Below, piece after piece: positions 1-7,476 of a stretch of DNA of 32,000 nucleotides. Numbering within the stretch: the first letter of the stretch is position 1; each line of letters begins with the position of its first letter. The stretch covers positions 1,950,001-1,982,000 of the forward strand of contig NC_009664.2 of NCBI RefSeq assembly GCF_000017305.1, in the 5' to 3' direction. A program made the position numbers and the translations under genes. The notes beneath the pieces were generated by a model. That model saw only the letters and a list, made by a program, of their open reading frames with translations, was not told the DNA's origin and ran no database searches. This DNA comes from Kineococcus radiotolerans SRS30216 = ATCC BAA-149. GTDB lineage: Bacteria > Actinomycetota > Actinomycetes > Actinomycetales > Kineococcaceae.

Positions 1-108
1 TTGACCCTGCTTTGGCGGCACCGCGCTACGGCTGGGCGGAAGGCCCGCTGAGGTGCGGATGGTCGTGCAGTAGCAGCTCGAACACGCCGGGCCCAGCGGG
101 CCGGGCTC

Positions 109-414
109 GTGGTGGCAACCGCCCTAGCCGGGTTCACCCTCGCCCTCGTCGCCTCCCCGCTGAAGCTGCCTCACTACCACGACGTATGGGTGCCGCCGCT
201 AATTATGGGGGCCGCCGCCGTCGCCCTGCACCGCCTCGTCACCGGATCGCGCGGGTCCCGCGTCGTCGCTGTCACGGCGGGCCTGGTGCTCCTGGCCCTC
301 GCCGGGCAGCAGGGGCTGAACGTCGCCACCACCGCTCCCGCGGATTGCCGGCTGGTGGGAGTCGAGCTGCGGCGGCTGCCGGTGGGGTCTCGTGGTGTCG
401 TGGGCGGACACTGA
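109..414 (+). CDS. hypothetical small membrane protein (about 3 predicted TM segments)
   Basis: GTG-start ORF with three helix-length hydrophobic stretches (VATALAGFTLALVASPL, VPPLIMGAAAVALHRLV, VVAVTAGLVLLALAG). Third codon positions are mostly G/C, unlike the overlapping Arg/Pro-rich frames. No family recognised. Confidence 0.3.
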   Translation: MVATALAGFTLALVASPLKLPHYHDVWVPPLIMGAAAVALHRLVTGSRGSRVVAVTAGLVLLALAGQQGLNVATTAPADCRLVGVELRRLPVGSRGVVGGH

Positions 415-708
415 GCGCCGCAGCGCTACGCCCCCGGCCTTGTCTACGTCGGGGGGCGGTTCCAGACTGCACGGCCGCGGCGCTGGTGGTGGACACTCGG
501 CACTGCCACCCATGGTGCAATAGCAAGGTGAAGCGCTTCCACTGAGCCTTAGCGACAGAATTGGCCTACGCCGACCCCTGATTTTGAAAGCCGCCGCCGT
601 CACGTCTTAGCAATATGGCTGTATATTTACATACCATCATTATCAGCACACTGCCCACGGCGGACTGCCGCCCCTCGTATTTCACCGCCTACACCGATCA
701 ATACGCCA

Positions 709-742
709 GAGGCCCCGACCCTCCAAGGAGAGCCGGGGCCTC
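709..742 (-). terminator. stem-loop about 40 nt downstream of the surface-protein stop codon
   Basis: GAGGCCCCG (709-717) pairs with CGGGGCCTC (734-742). An inner CTCC/GGAG pairing extends the stem. It lies just past the stop at 785-787 (minus strand). No clear U-tract. Confidence 0.45.
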
Positions 743-784
743 GAACTCACGTCACCCGGTCAATAGACCGGCCCTGACGATTGC

Positions 785-3700
785 TCAGCTAGCAGCAGGA
801 GGCGTGATCGCCGCAACCTGGCCGCTACCATCGACATCCGTCACGGTGCTGTTGGCAGTGCCGGGCAGGGCGGTCGCCGCCGCAAGGGCCCCCGTGCCAG
901 CAGCCGTCGCCGTCGTGAAGACGATGGTGTTGCCATTCACCGCGGCCGTGAATGCACCGGTGTCACCCGTAAAGGTGTTGGGACCGGTAATGGCTTCGAT
1001 CTCCGCTTCGCTGACCGCGCCTGCTCCCGTGATACCGGCCGCCAGGGTCGGAGCCGAGGAGAAGGTAAGCGTCAACTGGTCGCCGACATTGTTCCCGAAG
1101 CCCGCGGTTCCACCAGCAGTGATGGCGCCGGCAGTGATGAACGGAGCCACCGCGTAGCTCAAGGTCGCACTCGGCACGAATTCTGCGCTGGCGTCCCGGT
1201 AGGTGATGTACAGCGTGTCACCCGGGTTGAAGCCCGTCGTAGTGATCGTCAGCCCACCAGTGGCATCTTCGGTACCGGTACCGATGGCAACGCCGGCGGC
1301 GTTGTAGACGGTCACGATGTCACCATCCGCCTGCCCTGCGCCCGAACCGAGAGCCACAACTTCGGTGCTCGCATTGGCGTTAACCGCCGCGGTGGTCAGT
1401 ACAGTCGGGAGGGTTGTACCGACAACGGTGCGGTCCGTGCTGCGGGCCACGTTCCAGTCGCCGACCGCGTTACCAACGGTGGACTCGACGACGGCAACAA
1501 CAGCAGCGTCGGTGTTAATGACGCCGTTACCGCGCACGACCTCGGCCACCGGCGCGCCAGTGATGTCGACCGTGAGCACCGTGCTCTGAGCACCGCTGAC
1601 CGTGAACGTGGCGTTGGCGCCATTGGTCAGGGTCGCTTCGTCCCCATCCGTCTCGATGAGCCGGATAGTGTCCCCAGCCGCGACCGTGATCGCGCTGTTG
1701 AAGTTGAACACGAGGTTTTCGTCCGCGTCGAGAACGTTGTCAGACGTGGTCTCGTTGCTGCTGAGGCTGGCCGCGGTGCTGTAGGGGCTCGCCGGGGCAG
1801 CCACGGCCGTGGTGCTGGTGTCGATGCGGCCGCTGACCGCGGATTCTTCGCCATTCACAGTCTGGGTGACGAAGAGGTCATAGGCGGTGGAAGCCGTCAG
1901 ACCGCTGGCCGTGATCTGGAAGCCGGCCGTAGTGGCATCCTGGTCGGCCACCGTCTGACCGCGCTGCAGGTCGGTCGCGCGATCAAAGGCGTTGTTGTTG
2001 TCCGGCCCGCCGTAGACCGTGACCGTCGCACCCGCCACAAGACCGGTCAGGGTGAGGTTGACACCGGTCGCAGACGGGGTGACCGTCCCCACAGTCGGGG
2101 CCGCAGGGGCGAGGTCGTCGAGCAGGAAGGTCGACTGCAGCTCAGGAGTTGCGTTGTAGAAAGACCCCTGCGCAATAGCGTCGCCCGCGGAGAGCTGCGC
2201 TTCGAACTCGTCGGCGGTCACCTCTTCGGTCGCGTCAGCCGTCGTGTCGTTGTTGGCATTAACGAAGAACCGGTCGTTCGACTGGTACTCGTAGACCGCC
2301 CCAGCCGTCACTACGACGTTGGCCGTCTTGTCGACACTGGTGATGGCGGCGTCTGCAGAGACCACACCGGTGGTCGCTTCGGTGGGCAGGAACGTGATCT
2401 GTCCACCCAGCCCGAAGGGCTCGGTCGCAGGGGCGAAGGTACCTGCAGCGGTGGCGCTGGTTTCGAGGCGCGTGCTGGTTCCGCCCTGAGCGGCGGTCTT
2501 GCCCGGGCCGCCGTCGAGGTAGACGACCGGAACGATGTTCTCGGTGCCACCACCGTCCACGGTGAAGCTCAGGTTGCCGTTGACCGGCTGCGCAGTCGCG
2601 GTGTAAGCAGCGGGGGTCTGGGAGACCGCACTACCGTTCACAACGGTGATGGTCGCAAGACGCGAGCCCGGGTCGACCGAGAAGCCGCTGGGGGACGCTG
2701 CGTCAGCGCTGCTGAGGAAGGTCACCGACCCGTCAGCAGCCGTGCGGATGCTGTTTGCGTTGACAAGGGTGACACGGTACGTCGCCCCGGCCGTCAGGCC
2801 GGCAACCGAGTACGTACGGTCGTCAGTCGTGTCGTCGCTGGCGGGCACGACGAGGCTGACCGGAGTGGCCGGGCTGACAGCAACTCCCGGGACGCTGGAG
2901 CTGCCACCAGCAGACGTCCGAGCGGCATCAGTGATCGTCGTCGGCACGCTGTTAGCGTCACCGAAGACCCAGGCCTTGGTCAGCGTGGCGGCGTTCGCCT
3001 TGAGGTAGGCGTCCGTGCCGACACCCAGGCCGACAGTGCCCTCGGTCAGCAGGATCGGCGAGCCGGCGCGACCGGCGACCGGGCCGGCGGCCAGGGCGTC
3101 GATGCGGAAACCGTTGGCGAGCGCGGCACCGGTCTTGTTGAAGCCGAAGTCAGCCTCGAGGGCGATCGCGGCCGCGGTGGCGGTACGGTCCGAGCCCTGG
3201 ATGCGCTCGATATCGGTGACGGAGGCGAGGCCGTCGACCTGGGTGTAGACCGCGTCGGAGATGGCGTTCGCGTTGCCGAGGACGTAAACCTTGGTGACGC
3301 CGGCGGTGTTCAGCGCGGCGAGCGTCTCGGCGGGCAGCGAGTTCTGGTTGGTCAGCAGGACCGGGATCTTGTTCTTGAAGGCGGCCGGGCCGGCGGCGAG
3401 CGCGTCAGCGGCGACCTGGTTGGCGCCGTAGAGGTCGCCACGGGCCAGGAAGACCGTCTTCGGGGGGGTCACGCCGGCCTCGGTCATGACGTCGACCGCG
3501 GTCTGGAAGCGGTTCGGGCCGTCGATGCGCTGGCCGGTCTTGGTGCCGACGAGAGCGGAGTAGGTGCTGGCCGACACCGAGTTGGTGTCACCGAGGACGA
3601 TGACCGTCGTCGGGTTCAGCGAGGTGATGGCGGCGGCGGTCTGAGCCGGCACCGAGTCCTTCGCGGTCAGCAGGATCGGGGCGTCCTTGACGCCAGCCAG

Positions 3701-3964
3701 GTACGACGCGGCGAGGGCGTCGATGCCGGTGACCTCGCCGTTGGCGACGATGACGGTGGACGCGGAGGTCCAGCCGGCCAGCGCGGCCTTCGCGGCGGTG
3801 TCGTAACGGTCGACACCGGCGAGGCGGGAAGAAGCAGCAGAAGGGTCAAACCCAGGCGCAGCCTGAGCCGGGACCGCGGCAAGGCCGAGTCCGGTCAGAC
3901 CAACCAGAGCCGCGACGCCGGCCCCGATACCACGCCGGCGCAACCGGGAGGTTGCTGCGGTCAC
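785..3964 (-). CDS. secreted surface protein with three N-terminal CWB2 (cell wall binding repeat 2) modules and a long Thr/Ala/Val/Gly-rich beta-type C-terminal region; S-layer-like
   Basis: The ORF runs 785-3976. I place the start at GTG 3962-3964 because GGAGG (3969-3973) lies 4 nt upstream. Signal peptide: RLRRRGIGAGVAALVGLTGLGLAAVPAQA/APGF. Three repeats of the pattern R(L/I)xGxDR(Y/F)xTA...(S/A)PILLT...V(I/Y)VLG (RLAGVDRYDTAAK.., RIDGPNRFQTAVD.., RIQGSDRTATAAA..), roughly nt 2940-3830. No Cys and no LPXTG motif. The C-terminal ~700 aa look like tandem Ig/Fn3-like modules. Confidence 0.85.
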   Translation of the reverse strand: MTAATSRLRRRGIGAGVAALVGLTGLGLAAVPAQAAPGFDPSAASSRLAGVDRYDTAAKAALAGWTSASTVIVANGEVTGIDALAASYLAGVKDAPILLTAKDSVPAQTAAAITSLNPTTVIVLGDTNSVSASTYSALVGTKTGQRIDGPNRFQTAVDVMTEAGVTPPKTVFLARGDLYGANQVAADALAAGPAAFKNKIPVLLTNQNSLPAETLAALNTAGVTKVYVLGNANAISDAVYTQVDGLASVTDIERIQGSDRTATAAAIALEADFGFNKTGAALANGFRIDALAAGPVAGRAGSPILLTEGTVGLGVGTDAYLKANAATLTKAWVFGDANSVPTTITDAARTSAGGSSSVPGVAVSPATPVSLVVPASDDTTDDRTYSVAGLTAGATYRVTLVNANSIRTAADGSVTFLSSADAASPSGFSVDPGSRLATITVVNGSAVSQTPAAYTATAQPVNGNLSFTVDGGGTENIVPVVYLDGGPGKTAAQGGTSTRLETSATAAGTFAPATEPFGLGGQITFLPTEATTGVVSADAAITSVDKTANVVVTAGAVYEYQSNDRFFVNANNDTTADATEEVTADEFEAQLSAGDAIAQGSFYNATPELQSTFLLDDLAPAAPTVGTVTPSATGVNLTLTGLVAGATVTVYGGPDNNNAFDRATDLQRGQTVADQDATTAGFQITASGLTASTAYDLFVTQTVNGEESAVSGRIDTSTTAVAAPASPYSTAASLSSNETTSDNVLDADENLVFNFNSAITVAAGDTIRLIETDGDEATLTNGANATFTVSGAQSTVLTVDITGAPVAEVVRGNGVINTDAAVVAVVESTVGNAVGDWNVARSTDRTVVGTTLPTVLTTAAVNANASTEVVALGSGAGQADGDIVTVYNAAGVAIGTGTEDATGGLTITTTGFNPGDTLYITYRDASAEFVPSATLSYAVAPFITAGAITAGGTAGFGNNVGDQLTLTFSSAPTLAAGITGAGAVSEAEIEAITGPNTFTGDTGAFTAAVNGNTIVFTTATAAGTGALAAATALPGTANSTVTDVDGSGQVAAITPPAAS

Positions 3965-4058
3965 GATTGCCTCCAAGGCATGTGAAAGTGATGTTCCCCC
4001 CCACGAGGGGCCGGCTCGATTTCGAGCCTCGCCACCTCCCCAGACCGCTACGCAGCGG

Positions 4059-4420
4059 AGTGACTCGGTGACGGAACTGAACGTACACGAGAGTCACACC
4101 AGCAACACGGGGAGTAACAGAAGATCCAGAGCCCTCACGGCGTGTCGCAACAGTCTTACGGCCTGTGACCTGCGGTTTTGTGTCCGGCAGGTAAAAGTCA
4201 CAGTTTAGTAACGAGCGCCTCACCCGTCTCGCCCGCCCCAGACCACCCGTACGGAGTAGTCACATCAGGTGGGGTCACCACCCACGCACGGGCCATGACC
4301 CCGTGTGACTCGTGTGGGTGACTCCGACCGGACCCCTCCTCCCCGGTCGTCCGCAGCTCCCGTCGCCCTCTGTGACGAAGACGATCACGCGCCGGATCCC
4401 TGGCACACCGGGGGCGTCAC
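4059..4420. repeat. array of 11 GTGAC/GTCAC-core octamers (consensus kGTGACTc) in both orientations within the divergent intergenic region
   Basis: GTGAC at 4060, 4068, 4165, 4305, 4318 and 4372. GTCAC at 4093, 4197, 4259, 4274 and 4415. Six copies extend to TGTGAC. Includes the interrupted inverted repeat CTGTGACCTGC (4163-4173) / GCAGGTAAAAGTCACAG (4188-4204). Confidence 0.7.
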
Positions 4421-4467
4421 GGGATCGGCCCATCCAGCTCGTGCACCCGTGCACCGATGCCCCTGCC

Positions 4468-6696
4468 ATGACCGACGCACCACGGGCCTGGCGGGCGGGG
4501 CTCACAGCCACCGTGCTCGCCGCCACCGCCCCGCTGGCGCTGCTCGCCACCGCGCGCTCCGCGGGAGCGGCGCCGGTCACCGTGCTCATCGGCTTCGCGT
4601 GGCTGCTGAGCTGCGCCCTGGCCCCGCTCGTCGTGCGCTCCGCCACCCCCGCCGGCCTCACCCGGTACGCGCTCGCCGGGACGGTCTGGGGCGCGGGCAC
4701 CGTCGTCGCCGGCACCCTGCCCGCCGCCACGCTCGGCCCCCACCCCGTCCCCCACCTCGCCCACGCCGCCTCCCTGCTGGGCCTGGCCGCCATCGCCCTC
4801 CAGCAGCTGCACCACGCCCGCGACGGGCGCGACGAGTCCCCCCTGGGCGTCGAGACGGCCCTGCTCGCCGCGGTCCTCGCCGCCCTCGGCTGGGACTGGT
4901 CCGCGCGCGCCGGCCTCCACGGCGGCCCCTGGTGGGGCCCCTCGGCGGCCCTGGTCATCGTCGTCGCCAGCGTCGTCACCGCCGCCACCGTCGTCCTCGC
5001 CGTCGAGCACCCCGCGCTGCGGGTGCCCGGCGCCGGGCTCGCCGTCGTCGCCCTCGGCACCGAGCTCGCCGCCCTCACCTCCGCGCGCCACCCCCTCGTC
5101 GCCCTGGTGGCGATCGCCGCCGCCCTCGCCGGGGCCTACGTCCTCGTACTGGGCCAGCCGCGCGGCGGGATCGTCCGCCACGGCGGGGCCGCCGCCGCCG
5201 CCGGGGCCCGCCGCCTGCGGATCGCCACCGCCGTCCCCGCCGGGCTGCTCCTCGTCGACGTCGCGCTCTTCATCGGCGCCCCCCGCGCCGACGGGGCGAT
5301 GTTCGTCTTCTTCGCCGCCGTCGTCGTCGCCGCCGGGTTCCGGCAGGCCGCCACCGCCCGCGCCGTCGACCGCACCCACGACCGCCTCTCCTTCCAGGCC
5401 CTGCACGACCCCCTGACCGGGCTCGCCAACCGCGCCGCCCTCCAGTCCGCCCTCCACGAACCGGACCGCACCCAGTCGCTGGCCCTCATCGAGGTCGGCG
5501 GCCTCGACGACGTCACCGACGTCCTCGGCGTCACCGTCGGGGAGGACGTCCTGCGCGCCGCCGCCGCGAACCTGCGCGAGCACGTCCACGCCCTCGGCGG
5601 GACGACGTACCGGGTCCGCCACGACGAGTTCGCGGTGCTGCTGCCCGGGCCCCCCGAGGAGACCGTCCGGCACCTGCCCGGCGCGTTCGCCGCCGTCAGC
5701 GCCGCCCCCCTGCAGGTCCCCGGCGCGGGACGCTTCCCCGTCGACGCCGTCGCCGGTCTCGCCGCCGTCGCCTCCGGGCCCAGCACCGGCGGGGGCCGGG
5801 AGGCCATGACCCCGCTGCTGCACGCCGACCTCGCCCTGCGCGACGCCCGCCTCGGCGCCACCGGGTTCTCCGTCTACTCCGGCGAGGTCGCCAGCGCCCA
5901 CGCCCGCCGCCTGCTGCTGCGCGAGCGCCTCGCCTTCGCCGTCGCCGAGGGGACCGTCGACGTCCACTACCAGCCGATCGTGAACTTCACGACTGGCCGG
6001 GTGGAGAAGTTCGAGGCCCTCGCCCGCTGGGACGACGTCCAGCTCGGGCGCATCTCCCCCGTCGAGTTCATCGCCGTCGCCGAGGAGTCCAACCTCGTCG
6101 TCGCCCTCGGCGAGCACGTCCTGCGCCGCGCCGTGGCCAGCGCCCACGCCGCGGGGGTCTTCGCCGCGGGCGTGCGCCTCGCCGTCAACGTGTCCGTCGT
6201 GCAGCTGCAGGCGCCCGGCTTCGCCGACGTCGTCCGCGAGATCCTCGCCCAGCACGAGATCCCCCCGCACCTGCTGACCCTGGAGCTCACCGAGTCGGTG
6301 TTCCTCGACAGCGACTCCCCCGCCGAGCGCGTCGTCACCGAGCTCGCCGCCCTCGGCTGCCAGATCGCCATCGACGACTTCGGCACCGGCTACTCCGCCT
6401 TCGGCTACCTCGACCGGCTGCCCGTGCACGTCCTCAAGGTCGACCGCTCCCTCACCCAGTCCATGACCGGCGCGGGCAACGGCCTGTCCGTCGTCACCGC
6501 CGTCGTCGACCTCGCCAACCGCCTCGGGCTCACCGTCGTCGTCGAGGGCGTCGAGACCGACGAGGAGGCCGAGATCTGCCGCTCCATCCAGGCCGGTCTC
6601 GGGCAGGGCTGGCTGTACTCCGCGGCCGTCACCGCTGACCGGATCGGGGCGGAGCTGGCGCGGGAGTACCCGGTGTCGCCGGGGGCGGTGCGCTGA
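4468..6696 (+). CDS. polytopic membrane protein with degenerate GGDEF domain and intact EAL domain (predicted c-di-GMP phosphodiesterase)
   Basis: The ORF runs 4312-6696. The start is uncertain; ATG 4468 precedes the first TM segment (MTDAPRAWRAGLTATVLAATAPLALL). GGDEF-fold region: LHDPLTGLANR ... RVRHDEFAVLLPG, where RHDEF replaces GGDEF. EAL motifs are all present: FEALARW, AVNVS, LELTE, DDFGTGYS, LKVDRS, VVEGVETDEE, GQGWLYS. Confidence 0.85.
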   Translation: MTDAPRAWRAGLTATVLAATAPLALLATARSAGAAPVTVLIGFAWLLSCALAPLVVRSATPAGLTRYALAGTVWGAGTVVAGTLPAATLGPHPVPHLAHAASLLGLAAIALQQLHHARDGRDESPLGVETALLAAVLAALGWDWSARAGLHGGPWWGPSAALVIVVASVVTAATVVLAVEHPALRVPGAGLAVVALGTELAALTSARHPLVALVAIAAALAGAYVLVLGQPRGGIVRHGGAAAAAGARRLRIATAVPAGLLLVDVALFIGAPRADGAMFVFFAAVVVAAGFRQAATARAVDRTHDRLSFQALHDPLTGLANRAALQSALHEPDRTQSLALIEVGGLDDVTDVLGVTVGEDVLRAAAANLREHVHALGGTTYRVRHDEFAVLLPGPPEETVRHLPGAFAAVSAAPLQVPGAGRFPVDAVAGLAAVASGPSTGGGREAMTPLLHADLALRDARLGATGFSVYSGEVASAHARRLLLRERLAFAVAEGTVDVHYQPIVNFTTGRVEKFEALARWDDVQLGRISPVEFIAVAEESNLVVALGEHVLRRAVASAHAAGVFAAGVRLAVNVSVVQLQAPGFADVVREILAQHEIPPHLLTLELTESVFLDSDSPAERVVTELAALGCQIAIDDFGTGYSAFGYLDRLPVHVLKVDRSLTQSMTGAGNGLSVVTAVVDLANRLGLTVVVEGVETDEEAEICRSIQAGLGQGWLYSAAVTADRIGAELAREYPVSPGAVR

Positions 6697-6712
6697 GGAG
6701 ACCCGGCCGGCT

Positions 6713-6729
6713 GTAGCCGATCCGGCTAC
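6713..6729. promoter_or_regulatory. 7-bp inverted repeat GTAGCCG-atc-CGGCTAC immediately upstream of the antitoxin gene
   Basis: Perfect stem 6713-6719 / 6723-6729. It sits 17 nt after the upstream stop and 10 nt before the antitoxin GTG. It could be a TA autoregulatory operator or a small terminator hairpin. Confidence 0.3.
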
Positions 6730-6738
6730 CGTCGTTCC

Positions 6739-7065
6739 GTGAAGACCATCAGGGGGCGCGACCTGCGCAACGACTACGCCCGGATCCTGCGCGAGATCGA
6801 AGGCGGGGAGACCTTCACGGTGACCAGCGACGGGCGCCCCGTCGCGAGCATCACGCCCTACACCGCTCCCGACGGTCCTCAGACCTGGGTCCCCGCCGAC
6901 CGGGCCATCGGCGGACTGGCCCACCTCGGTCTCCCCGACGACTTCGCGGAGACCTTGCGCCGCGACCTCGACGAGCACTTCGTCACCGAGGTCGAGGACC
7001 CGCTGGAGCGGTGGGAAGCCCAGCAGGCCGAACTCGGGCAGGACGAGGAGCCGGGCAGCCGGTGA
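6739..7065 (+). CDS. type II antitoxin, Phd/YefM family
   Basis: The N-terminus MKTIRGRDLRNDYARILREIEGGETFTVTSDGRPVASITPY matches the Phd/YefM pattern (..REL/DLRxxxxxxLxxVexGExxxVTxxGRPVAxLxP). The stop overlaps the downstream PIN gene start by 4 nt (GTGA). Confidence 0.8.
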   Translation: MKTIRGRDLRNDYARILREIEGGETFTVTSDGRPVASITPYTAPDGPQTWVPADRAIGGLAHLGLPDDFAETLRRDLDEHFVTEVEDPLERWEAQQAELGQDEEPGSR

Positions 7066-7466
7066 CGAACCTGCTGCTCGACACCAACGCCGTCATCACG
7101 ATGGCGGCCGCACCCCCGGGCACCACCTTCGCCGGGATCCAGGACGGCGACGTGCTGGCCATCTCGACGGTGACGGAACTGGAGGTGCGGCTCGGCGTCG
7201 GGTTGCGACCGGGCAACGTGCACCTGCTGCAGACGCTGGCCTGGCTGACCCGGAACTACCGCGGCATCCCCACCGACGCTGCGGTGGTGGCGGCCTTCCC
7301 GGTGATCGTCGCCTCCGCCGTGGCCGCCGGGCAGAGCCCGGAGCGGCGCATCGCCGATCTGACCATCGCAGCGACGGCTCTCGCCCACGGCGCCACGTTG
7401 ATCACCGACGACAGGACGCTGCGCAACGCCCTCACCGGCGCGGTGGCGACGCGATCCCTGCAGTGA
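7062..7466 (+). CDS. vapC: PIN-domain ribonuclease toxin (VapC family)
   Basis: The start at GTG 7062 overlaps the antitoxin stop. The sequence VTNLLLDTNAVI.. carries the acidic PIN residues (LLDTN, TELEV, IADLTIAATA, LITDD). 134 aa, typical VapC size. Confidence 0.85.
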   Translation: MTNLLLDTNAVITMAAAPPGTTFAGIQDGDVLAISTVTELEVRLGVGLRPGNVHLLQTLAWLTRNYRGIPTDAAVVAAFPVIVASAVAAGQSPERRIADLTIAATALAHGATLITDDRTLRNALTGAVATRSLQ

Positions 7467-7476
7467 AACCGGTCGC

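Noticed and set aside
615-1157. 180-aa plus-strand ORF starting in the AT-rich island.
   Set aside because: Most of it is antisense to the 3' end of the strongly supported surface-protein gene and it has no motifs. The ATG inside an AT-rich patch is probably fortuitous.
3977-4300. Possibility that the long leader of the surface gene is a c-di-GMP (GEMM-type) riboswitch, or that the TGTGA cores are CRP/FNR, Rex or BldD-type boxes.
   Set aside because: I could not recognise the conserved GEMM core or its tetraloop-receptor layout by eye. No TGTGA-N6-TCACA, TTGTGAA-N4-TTCACAA or TNAC-N5-GTNA pair with correct spacing is present; the nearest is TCAC-atcag-GTGG at 4260-4272. A covariance-model scan (Rfam cmsearch) would be decisive, and I could not run it.
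4305-6638. Same-strand off-frame ORFs encoding Arg/Pro/Ala-rich polypeptides (4305-6638, 8680-9714, 10057-10965, 11093-14143, 14216-18286, 18252-20135, 22217-24118 part, 24391-25104 part, 26099-29113).
   Set aside because: They are frame-shifted readings of genuine genes with extreme RPRR-type composition and no domains. Only the distal parts of 22217-25108 and 24391-25983 are real genes, called from their internal GTG starts.
4417-6978. 853-aa minus-strand ORF, and similar giant antisense ORFs: 8696-11551 (951 aa), 11421-13613 (730 aa), 14223-18041 (1272 aa), 18130-19353, 21807-24020, 26607-28601, 28632-31016 and 29804-31966.
   Set aside because: They lie antisense to ORFs with clear domain signatures. 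They are low-complexity (G/D/E/R/P/A runs), have no recognisable motifs, and cross real gene boundaries on both strands. These are typical stop-codon-poor shadow frames of ~75% GC DNA.
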